DNA of 64,000 nt, from positions 1 through 64,000 of IMG/VR virus record IMGVR_UViG_3300045988_076504; one strand, 5' to 3'. The stretch comes from a virus. Below are positions 1 to 6,238 of the stretch, in pieces. Below the pieces are notes generated by a model, which saw only the letters and a list, made by a program, of their open reading frames with translations, had not been told where the DNA came from and made no database searches. Both the position numbers and the translations under genes were made by a program. Every line of letters starts with the position of its first letter. Positions within the stretch are counted from its first letter, which is position 1.

Positions 1-83
1 AGTTCTCTACCAAGCACTTTCTGTGCTTCTGTCATAGTCATAGGCTCTGCCATAATGACCTTTGTACCAACATATTGTTTCAT
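1..83 (-). CDS. hypothetical protein, first 27 codons only (gene runs off the window start)
   Basis: ATG at 83-81 on the minus strand, MKQYVGTKVIMAEPMTMTEAQKVLGRE..., open to position 1. It starts 13 nt after the stop of the 96-701 gene. Confidence 0.35.
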   Translation of the reverse strand, partial: MKQYVGTKVIMAEPMTMTEAQKVLGRE

Positions 84-95
84 GTTATTTATCTT

Positions 96-701
96 TTAAA
101 TGGAAAAATAGTCACATTCAATCCGAACGTTCCTTAAAGCTTCCCTTAGTTTTTTACATGTAGTATCGCTTACTTTGTCTAACAATACTATATTTCCGCA
201 TCCATTGATGGGCAATGATTCTAGGTAACTTTTTATTTCATCGACTGATACATTGTAAATATCTTTCAAAACTCCTATAATGTTCAACTTGTCGCGTATT
301 GGTGCATAATTATACACTTTGAAATAACATTTTCCATAATCTGCTGCGAGTGCTTTTTTCAAAGTGCCTTGATCTTGTTTTGTATTGAAAGCAGAATCAA
401 ACTTTATTTTATTTACAAACGCTACCATTTTGCCTATTGCTGCACCATAGCCATCATTGTATGCCGCTTTTACACGATCATTAACTGATTTCTCAGTATT
501 TTTCATGCGCTCTTCGTAGAGTACTTTGTTGTCTTCGCAAAGTCTCTTATTCTCCTCTTCTAACTTTTTGATCCTATCTTCATAGGTCTCCAAATTAGTT
601 TCGAAACTTTTAATATTTCGTTTGAGATTTGCAATTTCTTCACCCTTCTTTTTTATGGAATCTGAAATACATTCAATCAGATGGTTAATATTCGTATCCA
701 T
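96..701 (-). CDS. early protein: N-terminal coiled coil plus C-terminal ribosomal bL12 (L7/L12) CTD-like domain
   Basis: 201-aa ATG-to-TAA ORF. The N-terminal half has heptad-like charged repeats. The C-terminus DKLNIIGVLKDIYNVSVDEIKSYLESLP...LLDKVSDTTCKKLREALRNVRIE aligns by eye with E. coli bL12 [28 protein letters not shown]...[25 protein letters not shown]. Confidence 0.7.
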   Translation of the reverse strand: MDTNINHLIECISDSIKKKGEEIANLKRNIKSFETNLETYEDRIKKLEEENKRLCEDNKVLYEERMKNTEKSVNDRVKAAYNDGYGAAIGKMVAFVNKIKFDSAFNTKQDQGTLKKALAADYGKCYFKVYNYAPIRDKLNIIGVLKDIYNVSVDEIKSYLESLPINGCGNIVLLDKVSDTTCKKLREALRNVRIECDYFSI

Positions 702-948
702 ATTTCTCCCTATATTGATTATATTGTTCTGGACTTAGAAAGTAATTCTCATTTTCTTCAGAACATTCATACATGTCTGAATCTATTTCATAATCACTTT
801 CAGATAATACACACTGCCAATCGGCATGGGATAGGTCATATTGACCTAATTCCCAACCGTTGGTTTTACAAATAGCTTTAAGCTTCCTCACGTCCGCGTG
901 AAACCGGCGTCTCTTCAGCTCTTCTGCACTCTGTGTTCTCTTTTTCAT
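685..948 (-). CDS. hypothetical protein (basic N-terminus, acidic C-terminus)
   Basis: The ORF-track start at 957 is TTG; the first ATG is at 948 (MKKRTQSAEELKRRR...). Stop is TAA. It overlaps the upstream gene by about 70 nt in another frame. Confidence 0.45.
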   Translation of the reverse strand: MKKRTQSAEELKRRRFHADVRKLKAICKTNGWELGQYDLSHADWQCVLSESDYEIDSDMYECSEENENYFLSPEQYNQYREKYGYEY

Positions 949-1234
949 CGTAACCAAGATTTACAACATTTTTTATAATGTCGTTCATTTTACGTATACG
1001 GACAAATGTCTCATTCCACAACTTTGCCGTTGCTTTTGTTGCGGTTATCGTTTTGTTTAACAGCTTTTCGTCTGTCACATCTTCAAACTTTATTTTTAAT
1101 TCGTCCTCGGTTTTGTGGAGTAATACGTGAATAGAATCTGCACCTTTGTCTCCAATACTGTATATAACATCCAGTACATTCTCTGCAAAATCTTGAGGAT
1201 TTGTTACTTTTAAAGTTATTGTTTTACTTTTCAT
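878..1234 (-). CDS. hypothetical protein
   Basis: 118-aa ORF. Its ATG overlaps the TGA of the upstream gene (ATGA junction at 1231-1234). Confidence 0.55.
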   Translation of the reverse strand: MKSKTITLKVTNPQDFAENVLDVIYSIGDKGADSIHVLLHKTEDELKIKFEDVTDEKLLNKTITATKATAKLWNETFVRIRKMNDIIKNVVNLGYDEKENTECRRAEETPVSRGREEA

Positions 1235-1650
1235 TTTTGATAAATTTTAAAGTTTAGATAGCCATTTTTTGAGCCTCCGTAGGAAGCTCCTTTATACTTA
1301 ATAACACGAGAGAGAACACCATCCTTTTTACGTTTGAGGATAGCGAGATTACATGAACACTTAAGTTCACAACACAATATCATGTAATCAACGATAGATT
1401 TAGAAACTTGAATGGCCTCTTGACAACCTTGATATTTATATATCATATAGTTTCTTTTATCCATCATATAGACAGATATTACATCTTTGTTGATTACTGG
1501 TATTGTATCATACTGAACTGTTGGTTTTACAGTTCTGTACGATTGTGCTGAGCATTTGTTAGCTGATATTAACAACGCTATTACGATTATTAATAATACT
1601 GCTACTGTTTTAGCACATCTGGTTTGATACCTATCTTCTTGATTTTCCAT
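1231..1650 (-). CDS. hypothetical secreted or membrane-anchored protein
   Basis: 139 aa with an N-terminal hydrophobic segment TVAVLLIIVIALLISANKCSAQ (signal or anchor-like). Confidence 0.6.
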   Translation of the reverse strand: MENQEDRYQTRCAKTVAVLLIIVIALLISANKCSAQSYRTVKPTVQYDTIPVINKDVISVYMMDKRNYMIYKYQGCQEAIQVSKSIVDYMILCCELKCSCNLAILKRKKDGVLSRVIKYKGASYGGSKNGYLNFKIYQK

Positions 1651-1709
1651 TTTTATTGTTTTTCTGTTTTACTCTAATTGCTCCGGTTTAAACTCACGAT
1701 GTTTCATAG

Positions 1710-2096
1710 TCACTCCTCCTTTATGCCGAACGGACTGCCGTCTGCAAAAGTTGCATTATTGAATGCGTCTTCATATGTACTATGATATTCATTCATGTAC
1801 AAATATGAATCGTTCAAACTCACAATTATCTCTTGACTACGTTCTTGGTATTGAGTTTCCGGTCTTTCTAACCATCCGTATGGAAGATGATTTTTCATTT
1901 CTGTCAAACATTCGTCCATATTGTCAAATGGTCGATATCTTAATTTTGGTTCGATACGATAGTTTTCTGGACCTTTAGTAAAATCAGGATTTGCTGGATA
2001 ATGCCAATTACCATAATTGTCTTTTATTTGTATTGTTTTTCCTTCCGCATATGCTGTGATTATAGGAAGGAGTTCTTTTGCTTCTTCTTTTGTCAT
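1710..2096 (-). CDS. hypothetical protein
   Basis: 128-aa ATG-to-TGA ORF, tightly packed with its neighbours. Confidence 0.65.
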   Translation of the reverse strand: MTKEEAKELLPIITAYAEGKTIQIKDNYGNWHYPANPDFTKGPENYRIEPKLRYRPFDNMDECLTEMKNHLPYGWLERPETQYQERSQEIIVSLNDSYLYMNEYHSTYEDAFNNATFADGSPFGIKEE

Positions 2097-2111
2097 AATG
2101 ATTCAATTTTG

Positions 2112-2300
2112 TTATTTTGGACATAGGCGTTTGAAATTACAATATGCGCCACATGAAAAATGTAAACGTGATTCTGCGCATTCTATTCCTAAAGCGCATT
2201 CACAACATCTTTCCCAGAATGATAAAGTCGGTGTTTTTTTACATCGATATACTATTCTGTTTACCGTTATTAATTGACCTGGTTTTATTATTTTCCTCAT
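2112..2300 (-). CDS. small Cys-rich protein (possible zinc ribbon)
   Basis: 62 aa with 9 Cys, including CKK...CCEC...C...C...C. Confidence 0.5.
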   Translation of the reverse strand: MRKIIKPGQLITVNRIVYRCKKTPTLSFWERCCECALGIECAESRLHFSCGAYCNFKRLCPK

Positions 2301-2307
2301 AATTAAT

Positions 2308-2535
2308 TTATTTAGTTACAATGAATTTACCATGCCAATCGTTATATAACCTATTAAGAGCTTTTGCACGTATTAGTGCATTAGTTCCATCGAGATTATC
2401 GAATAGCTTCATTGAACACCCATCATGCTTGAAATATACTTTCCAGCATTTTTCATTCCACTTACTCTTCTTCTGTGGATTGTTCACTTGATTCTGCATA
2501 CGCAGCTTCGAGCGATGCCTCGTCGTATTGTTCAT
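2308..2535 (-). CDS. hypothetical protein
   Basis: 75-aa ORF. It overlaps the 3' end of the upstream gene by 74 nt; an internal ATG at 2499 is an alternative start. Confidence 0.45.
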   Translation of the reverse strand: MNNTTRHRSKLRMQNQVNNPQKKSKWNEKCWKVYFKHDGCSMKLFDNLDGTNALIRAKALNRLYNDWHGKFIVTK

Positions 2536-2764
2536 TGTCTGCTATCCATTTTAAATTGATTAACACTTCGTCATGACAAATGTCATATGGCTGACCACGA
2601 TAGGTATTAAGAGTATCTTGAGTTACGCTTTGAAAACGTCCCTCAACAAATGTGCCTGGTACACGTGGACGAATGTCGCAAAGTTGGTCGTTCTTGTCAA
2701 ACAACGCCTCTACCGTGTACTTACCATCTTTTGAAACCGCTATAATTGATTTGCGCTTTTTCAT
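2462..2764 (-). CDS. hypothetical protein with an acidic C-terminal tail
   Basis: 100-aa ATG-to-TAA ORF. Confidence 0.6.
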   Translation of the reverse strand: MKKRKSIIAVSKDGKYTVEALFDKNDQLCDIRPRVPGTFVEGRFQSVTQDTLNTYRGQPYDICHDEVLINLKWIADNEQYDEASLEAAYAESSEQSTEEE

Positions 2765-2875
2765 TTTATTTACCCTCGAGCTGGGATTTTATTTAATGCT
2801 CTTAATTCCTGTTTCTACAGGCAATATTCTCATTTTAACCAACTGCTACTATTATTCACAGTATTCAATAGAGAC

Positions 2876-3061
2876 TCAAGGATGTTTGTATGCTACTATT
2901 GTAGCTATTATTGTTATAAATCCTATTGTTGACAGTATTGTTTTTATAAGCGGACTTGCTATCGCACTTATTATGGCTAATACTACAAAAATTAAGACTG
3001 CAATAAATATATACATAGTGAATGCACCAAACACTTTTAAAAATATTTTCCAATTAAACAT
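2876..3061 (-). CDS. small membrane protein (2 predicted TM segments)
   Basis: 61 aa, almost entirely hydrophobic (FGAFTMYIFIAVLIFVVLAIISAIA...IGFITIIATIVAY). It starts 27 nt downstream of the tRNA-like gene. Confidence 0.5.
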   Translation of the reverse strand: MFNWKIFLKVFGAFTMYIFIAVLIFVVLAIISAIASPLIKTILSTIGFITIIATIVAYKHP

Positions 3062-3087
3062 ATTGTTACAATTAGTTTACAAAAGTG

Positions 3088-3156
3088 TTAGACTATTAGG
3101 ATTCGAACCTAAAATAACAGATAAGTCTGACGTGTTACCAGTTACACTATAGTCTA
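3088..3156 (-). ncRNA. tRNA-like gene (paralogue of the nearby tRNA-Gln) with a collapsed anticodon loop; possibly a pseudo-tRNA
   Basis: The minus strand reads TAGACTA TA GTGT AACTGGTA ACAC G TCAGA CTTA TCTGT TATT TTAGG TTCGAAT CCTAA TAGTCTA A. Acceptor, D arm and T arm are perfect. The D arm, anticodon stem and variable loop are nearly identical to tRNA-Gln at 3789-3860. The anticodon loop is only 4 nt (CTTA) and pair 27:43 is T:T. Confidence 0.6.
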
Positions 3157-3297
3157 AATAAGGCCAGTTCTCAAGCTGGAAATCTCAAACAGAACGACAA
3201 GGACTTTCACCTTATACACCTTTCGGTATGGTTAAATAACCACATGTCTATATTTCACCACGTTCCTCGATTTACTTCCTTACATTTAAAATATTAG

Positions 3298-3426
3298 TTC
3301 CAAACAGGGAATCGAACCCTTATCGATACATGTCTCGACAAATCACCATCCACATAATTCACTTCCACGACGTCAATGCATGTGCCGCTTAAATGAATAG
3401 GTTTGCTATGCGGTAGATTATTTGGA
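3298..3426 (-). ncRNA. 129-nt element ending in a tRNA-type T-arm and 7-bp acceptor-like helix; not a canonical tRNA
   Basis: The minus-strand 3' end reads AGGG TTCGATT CCCT GTTTGGA. GTTTGGA can pair with TCCAAAT (3426-3420) located 128 nt upstream. No canonical D or anticodon arm could be folded between them. Confidence 0.3.
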
Positions 3427-3715
3427 CCCGCGTCTCTCCGCGTGTCATACGTATGGATTAACTGTTCAACATTCACCGCTATCGGCTATAACCTTGCGCT
3501 AGATTATAACGTAGTCGGAGTTTACAGGCTTACAACTGTCACAATGGCTGTTTTAATTAATCACATGTAAACGAGCAGTTTTGAGGACATGCTCAGGTCC
3601 CTACAGACAGTTTATACTCGTGATGGAGTTGACATTATGAATACCAAATGTCGTTTGTAATAATGAAGAATAATGTATGCATATTTATTTAGATTTAGTG
3701 AATAATCTTATAAAA

Positions 3716-3743
3716 ACTATGCTATTTTCACGAACCGCATAGT
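3716..3743 (-). repeat. conserved-loop hairpin, copy 1
   Basis: Plus strand ACTATGC-TATTTTCACGAACC-GCATAGT: 7-bp stem and 14-nt loop. On the minus strand it is followed by TTTTTAT. Confidence 0.75.
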
Positions 3744-3788
3744 AAAAACATATGGAAATATACCTACATGTCTAATAAAATGTAAGCG

Positions 3789-3860
3789 TCAGGCTGTCAG
3801 GACTCGAACCTGAAATAACAGAACCAAAATCTGTTGTGTTCCCAATTACACTACAACCCG
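3789..3860 (-). tRNA. tRNA-Gln (anticodon UUG)
   Basis: Minus strand: CGGGTTG TA GTGT AATTGGGA ACAC A ACAGA TTTTGGT TCTGT TATT TCAGG TTCGAGT CCTGA CAGCCTG A. This is a 72-nt cloverleaf with all arms paired (two G:U pairs in the acceptor). Anticodon positions 34-36 are TTG. CCA is not encoded. Confidence 0.85.
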
Positions 3861-3862
3861 TA

Positions 3863-3894
3863 ATATACATCTATTTTCACAAACCGATGTATAT
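3863..3894 (-). repeat. conserved-loop hairpin, copy 2 (2 nt upstream of the tRNA-Gln 5' end)
   Basis: Plus strand ATATACATC-TATTTTCACAAACC-GATGTATAT: 9-bp stem and 14-nt loop. Confidence 0.75.
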
Positions 3895-3929
3895 ATAATG
3901 TTTAACATCTAAAATATATAATGGCTCCT

Positions 3930-3980
3930 AATCCGACACTACTGTGTTTCGTCTTAATTTTCAAAGACTCATCAGGGATT
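3930..3980 (-). ncRNA. hammerhead self-cleaving ribozyme (stem I open, stems II and III capped)
   Basis: Minus strand: AATCC CTGATGA GTCTT-TGAAAATT-AAGAC GAA ACAC-AGTA-GTGT C / GGATT. All core residues are present: C3-U4-G5-A6-U7-G8-A9, the G10.1:C11.1 pair, G12-A13-A14, the A15.1:U16.1 pair and C17. Stem I is 5 bp, stem II 5 bp, stem III 4 bp. The predicted cut is after C17, between plus coordinates 3935 and 3934. Confidence 0.85.
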
Positions 3981-3983
3981 TTT

Positions 3984-4015
3984 AAATACACCTATTCTCA
4001 CGAACCAGTGTATTT
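3984..4015 (-). repeat. conserved-loop hairpin, copy 3 (between the stop of gene 4029-4343 and the hammerhead)
   Basis: Plus strand AAATACAC-cTATTCTCACGAACCa-GTGTATTT: 8-bp stem, with the same loop core carrying one substitution. Confidence 0.75.
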
Positions 4016-4028
4016 TTACCAACTATGT

Positions 4029-4343
4029 CTATGGTTTCTTATGTGTTATGTCGTCAATTTTTTGACAGGATAGCCAAAAGTCTACCCCATCGTCAGATTC
4101 ATCAAAACCATCTCCTGTATTGTCTACTTGGTTGATGTAGACCTTTACGGCGATTGTTCTAAACTCTTCATAAGCATCAATTATTTGCTGTTGATGCTCA
4201 ACTTTTTTTTCGAGGGCTGTTACCTCGCTCTCTGAAGTACATCCAGAAAGAATCGCTGTTAACCACATTAGTACGAATACTAATATGATTGTGCTTAGAG
4301 GAATCCATGTTTCCGTCCAAGCTTCTTTGTCGTCTTTGTCCAT
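4029..4343 (-). CDS. membrane-anchored hypothetical protein
   Basis: 104 aa with one TM segment (LSTIILVFVLMWLTAILSG). It ends on TAG, used here as a stop. Confidence 0.6.
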   Translation of the reverse strand: MDKDDKEAWTETWIPLSTIILVFVLMWLTAILSGCTSESEVTALEKKVEHQQQIIDAYEEFRTIAVKVYINQVDNTGDGFDESDDGVDFWLSCQKIDDITHKKP

Positions 4344-4344
4344 A

Positions 4345-4677
4345 TTATACGTATTTAAATTTACAAATACCTGCTTCTTCAGCTTCTTTTATACTGAAAT
4401 CTAGCCAATCGGCATGTGAAGAATTAGTATCAACATATCCATATTCAATGCTAACATTGCATGTGTCAAGGTGTGTGACTTTGGTAAATGTGATGTTTTT
4501 TCTCGTACAGTATTTCTTTAGCGCTTCTACATCTACGCTTTCAACTTCTACTGGGACACCACGTATCAGAGTATCTACACACTCATCTTCCAACAACAAA
4601 GATAGACGTTTTGCTACTTTATTTGGATTTTCCTCAATTAGCGCTTTGATAGCATATTCTTTTGTTTCTTTATTCAT
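4345..4677 (-). CDS. hypothetical protein
   Basis: 110-aa ATG-to-TAA ORF, 1 nt from the downstream gene. Confidence 0.65.
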   Translation of the reverse strand: MNKETKEYAIKALIEENPNKVAKRLSLLLEDECVDTLIRGVPVEVESVDVEALKKYCTRKNITFTKVTHLDTCNVSIEYGYVDTNSSHADWLDFSIKEAEEAGICKFKYV

Positions 4678-4696
4678 CTTGATTATGGTTTAGTTT

Positions 4697-4727
4697 CATA
4701 AAAGAAGGGCAGTTTATGCACATGCCC
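4697..4727 (-). terminator. rho-independent terminator after gene 4739-5440
   Basis: Minus strand: GGGCA-TGTGCATAAAC-TGCCC followed by TTCTTTTAT, 12 nt after the TAA. Confidence 0.6.
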
Positions 4728-4738
4728 AGGTGATTGTG

Positions 4739-5440
4739 TTAAAGTGGTGACACTTCCTCAACATCTACTGTTGGGATGTCCATGCCTTTAACATCTGTTA
4801 AGCCGTAACATCTCAGTTCATCTTCGTTGAACTTAGCACCTGCTTTTTGTGCATCCCTTATGGAATACATGTTTCTAATGCGTTGTTCTGCAACATCCTC
4901 AGGGCGTTGACCAGCGAGGAAATTGTCAGGTTCTCCGAATGTTTGGCATAGGACCTGGAACGATGTGAATAGCTTAACAGTGTCTGAATTAGGATTACAT
5001 ACCCAGGCTCCTGCAGCATGTCCGTTTAATTCCTGTGAGTATTTCATACACATAGGAACTGGGAGTTTGTAATCAACAAGTTGACAAGCTTTAATTAATG
5101 TCAAGTCCTTCTTACGAGGACCGAATGACATCAATGCTTCGAGCTGTTGCTCTGTCAGGACGTAACGTCCGTCTTTAGCATTGGCGATGAGTGTGTTAAC
5201 ATCGGCTTGACCGTTGTTACTCACTACTGCCAATACAGCGTTTTTTAGTGTCTCATTGGAGGCTTTACCATCGTTCTGGTAAGTCTGCCATATCTGCATA
5301 GCGTCAAAATTAACGCATACGAGATGACATCTAAGAATATATTTATCGGTCTCTGGCTGACGCTGTCCGTTAGCATCAGCTTTTTTACGTGGATGAGAGA
5401 CCTCAATGCGATCCACGTAATAGTCGAAAATCTTTGCCAT
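4739..5440 (-). CDS. hypothetical protein, GC-richer than its neighbours; acidic C-terminal tip (possible ssDNA-binding protein, speculative)
   Basis: 233-aa ORF ending ...DIPTVDVEEVSPL. It has its own terminator and a long structured 5' leader. Confidence 0.75.
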   Translation of the reverse strand: MAKIFDYYVDRIEVSHPRKKADANGQRQPETDKYILRCHLVCVNFDAMQIWQTYQNDGKASNETLKNAVLAVVSNNGQADVNTLIANAKDGRYVLTEQQLEALMSFGPRKKDLTLIKACQLVDYKLPVPMCMKYSQELNGHAAGAWVCNPNSDTVKLFTSFQVLCQTFGEPDNFLAGQRPEDVAEQRIRNMYSIRDAQKAGAKFNEDELRCYGLTDVKGMDIPTVDVEEVSPL

Positions 5441-5578
5441 AATATTGCAATTTTAATGGTTTGGCTATATATTAACACAGTCTTTCCTGTGAGTCAGGTA
5501 TGCGAACGTATGAAAAGGGATGGGGAAAAATAGTCTCCCATTTACCCCTTTCCTATACAACCTTCTCGCCATACCAAA

Positions 5579-5675
5579 GCGACCGAAGGTCGAATCTTTG
5601 AAAAAGTATAAATTAGCTGACTTGAACCGCATGGACCGAGCGACGAAGTCGCGAGGAGAGATATAAAAATGAGTA
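5579..5675 (-). repeat. direct repeat R1 (hairpin + TAAATTAGC core + GC-rich tail)
   Basis: The sequence is gCGACCgaaGGTCGaatctttgaaaaagtaTAAATTAGCtgac...gaGCGACgaaGTCGCgaggagagat...atgagtag. It parallels R2 at 6121-6210. Confidence 0.65.
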
Positions 5676-6120
5676 GTTTTACGACATACTCAGGTCGGGC
5701 TGTCCGCTGTTCAGCCTGTGTACAGATGTCACCATCATCACGGAAATACAGAGTGCTCATCTGATTGCTCAGACTTCTTTCTTTTACGGTCATCCCTGTA
5801 TCGATGTTGCCAACCTGCCGCTGTAGACAGGACCTATTCACAGCGTTGTACCGCTGTAGGGAAGGCGTCTCCTTTACCCCGTTGCATTTTCATACGTGAT
5901 GCAACAAACGATGTGTTTGACGAGAACACATAACGACGATGGGTTGGATACCATCATCATGCAGTTTACATACGCAAGGTCATAACCTTGGTAGACAAGC
6001 TCTCCTGCATGATAAGCGCTGAGTTGCGCTAATGTAATCACGTTCGCTTTTAAGGTGTAGAGCGATAACTAACATACGTTTGAAACCAGGTACCGTGTAC
6101 TCCCTGGAAACATACTTTTG

Positions 6121-6210
6121 TTGACCGTTAAGCCGGTCAAACCTCTGAAAGAGTCTAAATTAGCCCACACACAGCGCAGCAGAGCGAGCGAAGCGAGCGA
6201 GAGATGAGTG
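6121..6210 (-). repeat. direct repeat R2
   Basis: The sequence is TTGACCGttaagcCGGTCAAacctctgaaagagtcTAAATTAGCccac...gagcgagcgaagcgagcgagagatgagtgag. The order of elements matches R1. Confidence 0.65.
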
Positions 6211-6231
6211 AGCCAAAAGCCCCGAAGGGGC
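6211..6231 (-). terminator. rho-independent terminator after gene 6239-6436
   Basis: Minus strand: GCCCC-TTC-GGGGC followed by TTTTGG, 8 nt after the TGA. Confidence 0.6.
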
Positions 6232-6238
6232 TTAAGAC

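Larger units (their letters stand above)
5441..6238 (-). other. ORF-free, GC-enriched, helix-rich island (candidate structured RNA or RNAs); strand inferred
   Basis: No protein-like ORF on either strand. Consecutive hairpins lie at 5881-5905, 5911-5931 and 5938-5955. A 9-bp long-range stem (5956-5964 with 6005-6013) encloses hairpin 5975-5990. Three GC hairpins read as TTC/UUCG-type loops on the minus strand. Confidence 0.5.

Noticed and set aside
878-957. Programmed frameshift linking genes 878-1234 and 685-948 (71-nt overlap).
   Set aside because: No slippery heptamer or downstream structure was noticed. Simple overlap, or a mis-set boundary, is more economical.
2652-3152. Plus-strand ORF 2652-3152 (166 aa).
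   Set aside because: It runs antisense through two minus-strand genes and through the tRNA-like gene (its C-terminus LGFEPKITDKSDVLPVTL is the reverse read of a T-arm).
3480-3500. U-CUA-R strings (for example AATCTAGCG on the minus strand near 3497-3505, and AATCTACC near 3412-3419) as suppressor anticodon loops.
   Set aside because: The flanking 5-nt segments cannot pair as an anticodon stem, and one has a pyrimidine at position 37.
3298-3700. tmRNA, or a tRNA split by a group I intron, on the minus strand.
   Set aside because: There is no 5' strand complementary to the acceptor at a tmRNA-like distance. There is no tag-peptide reading frame ending in Ala-Ala-stop and no P7-type group I blocks. 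The distance to the only complementary 5' strand (128 nt) fits neither model.
5542-5933. ORFs 5542-5841 (-) and 5718-5933 (+) in the GC-rich island as protein genes.
   Set aside because: The translations are not protein-like (Cys/Arg/Ser-rich, with no hydrophobic periodicity). They overlap each other on opposite strands and coincide with stacked hairpins.
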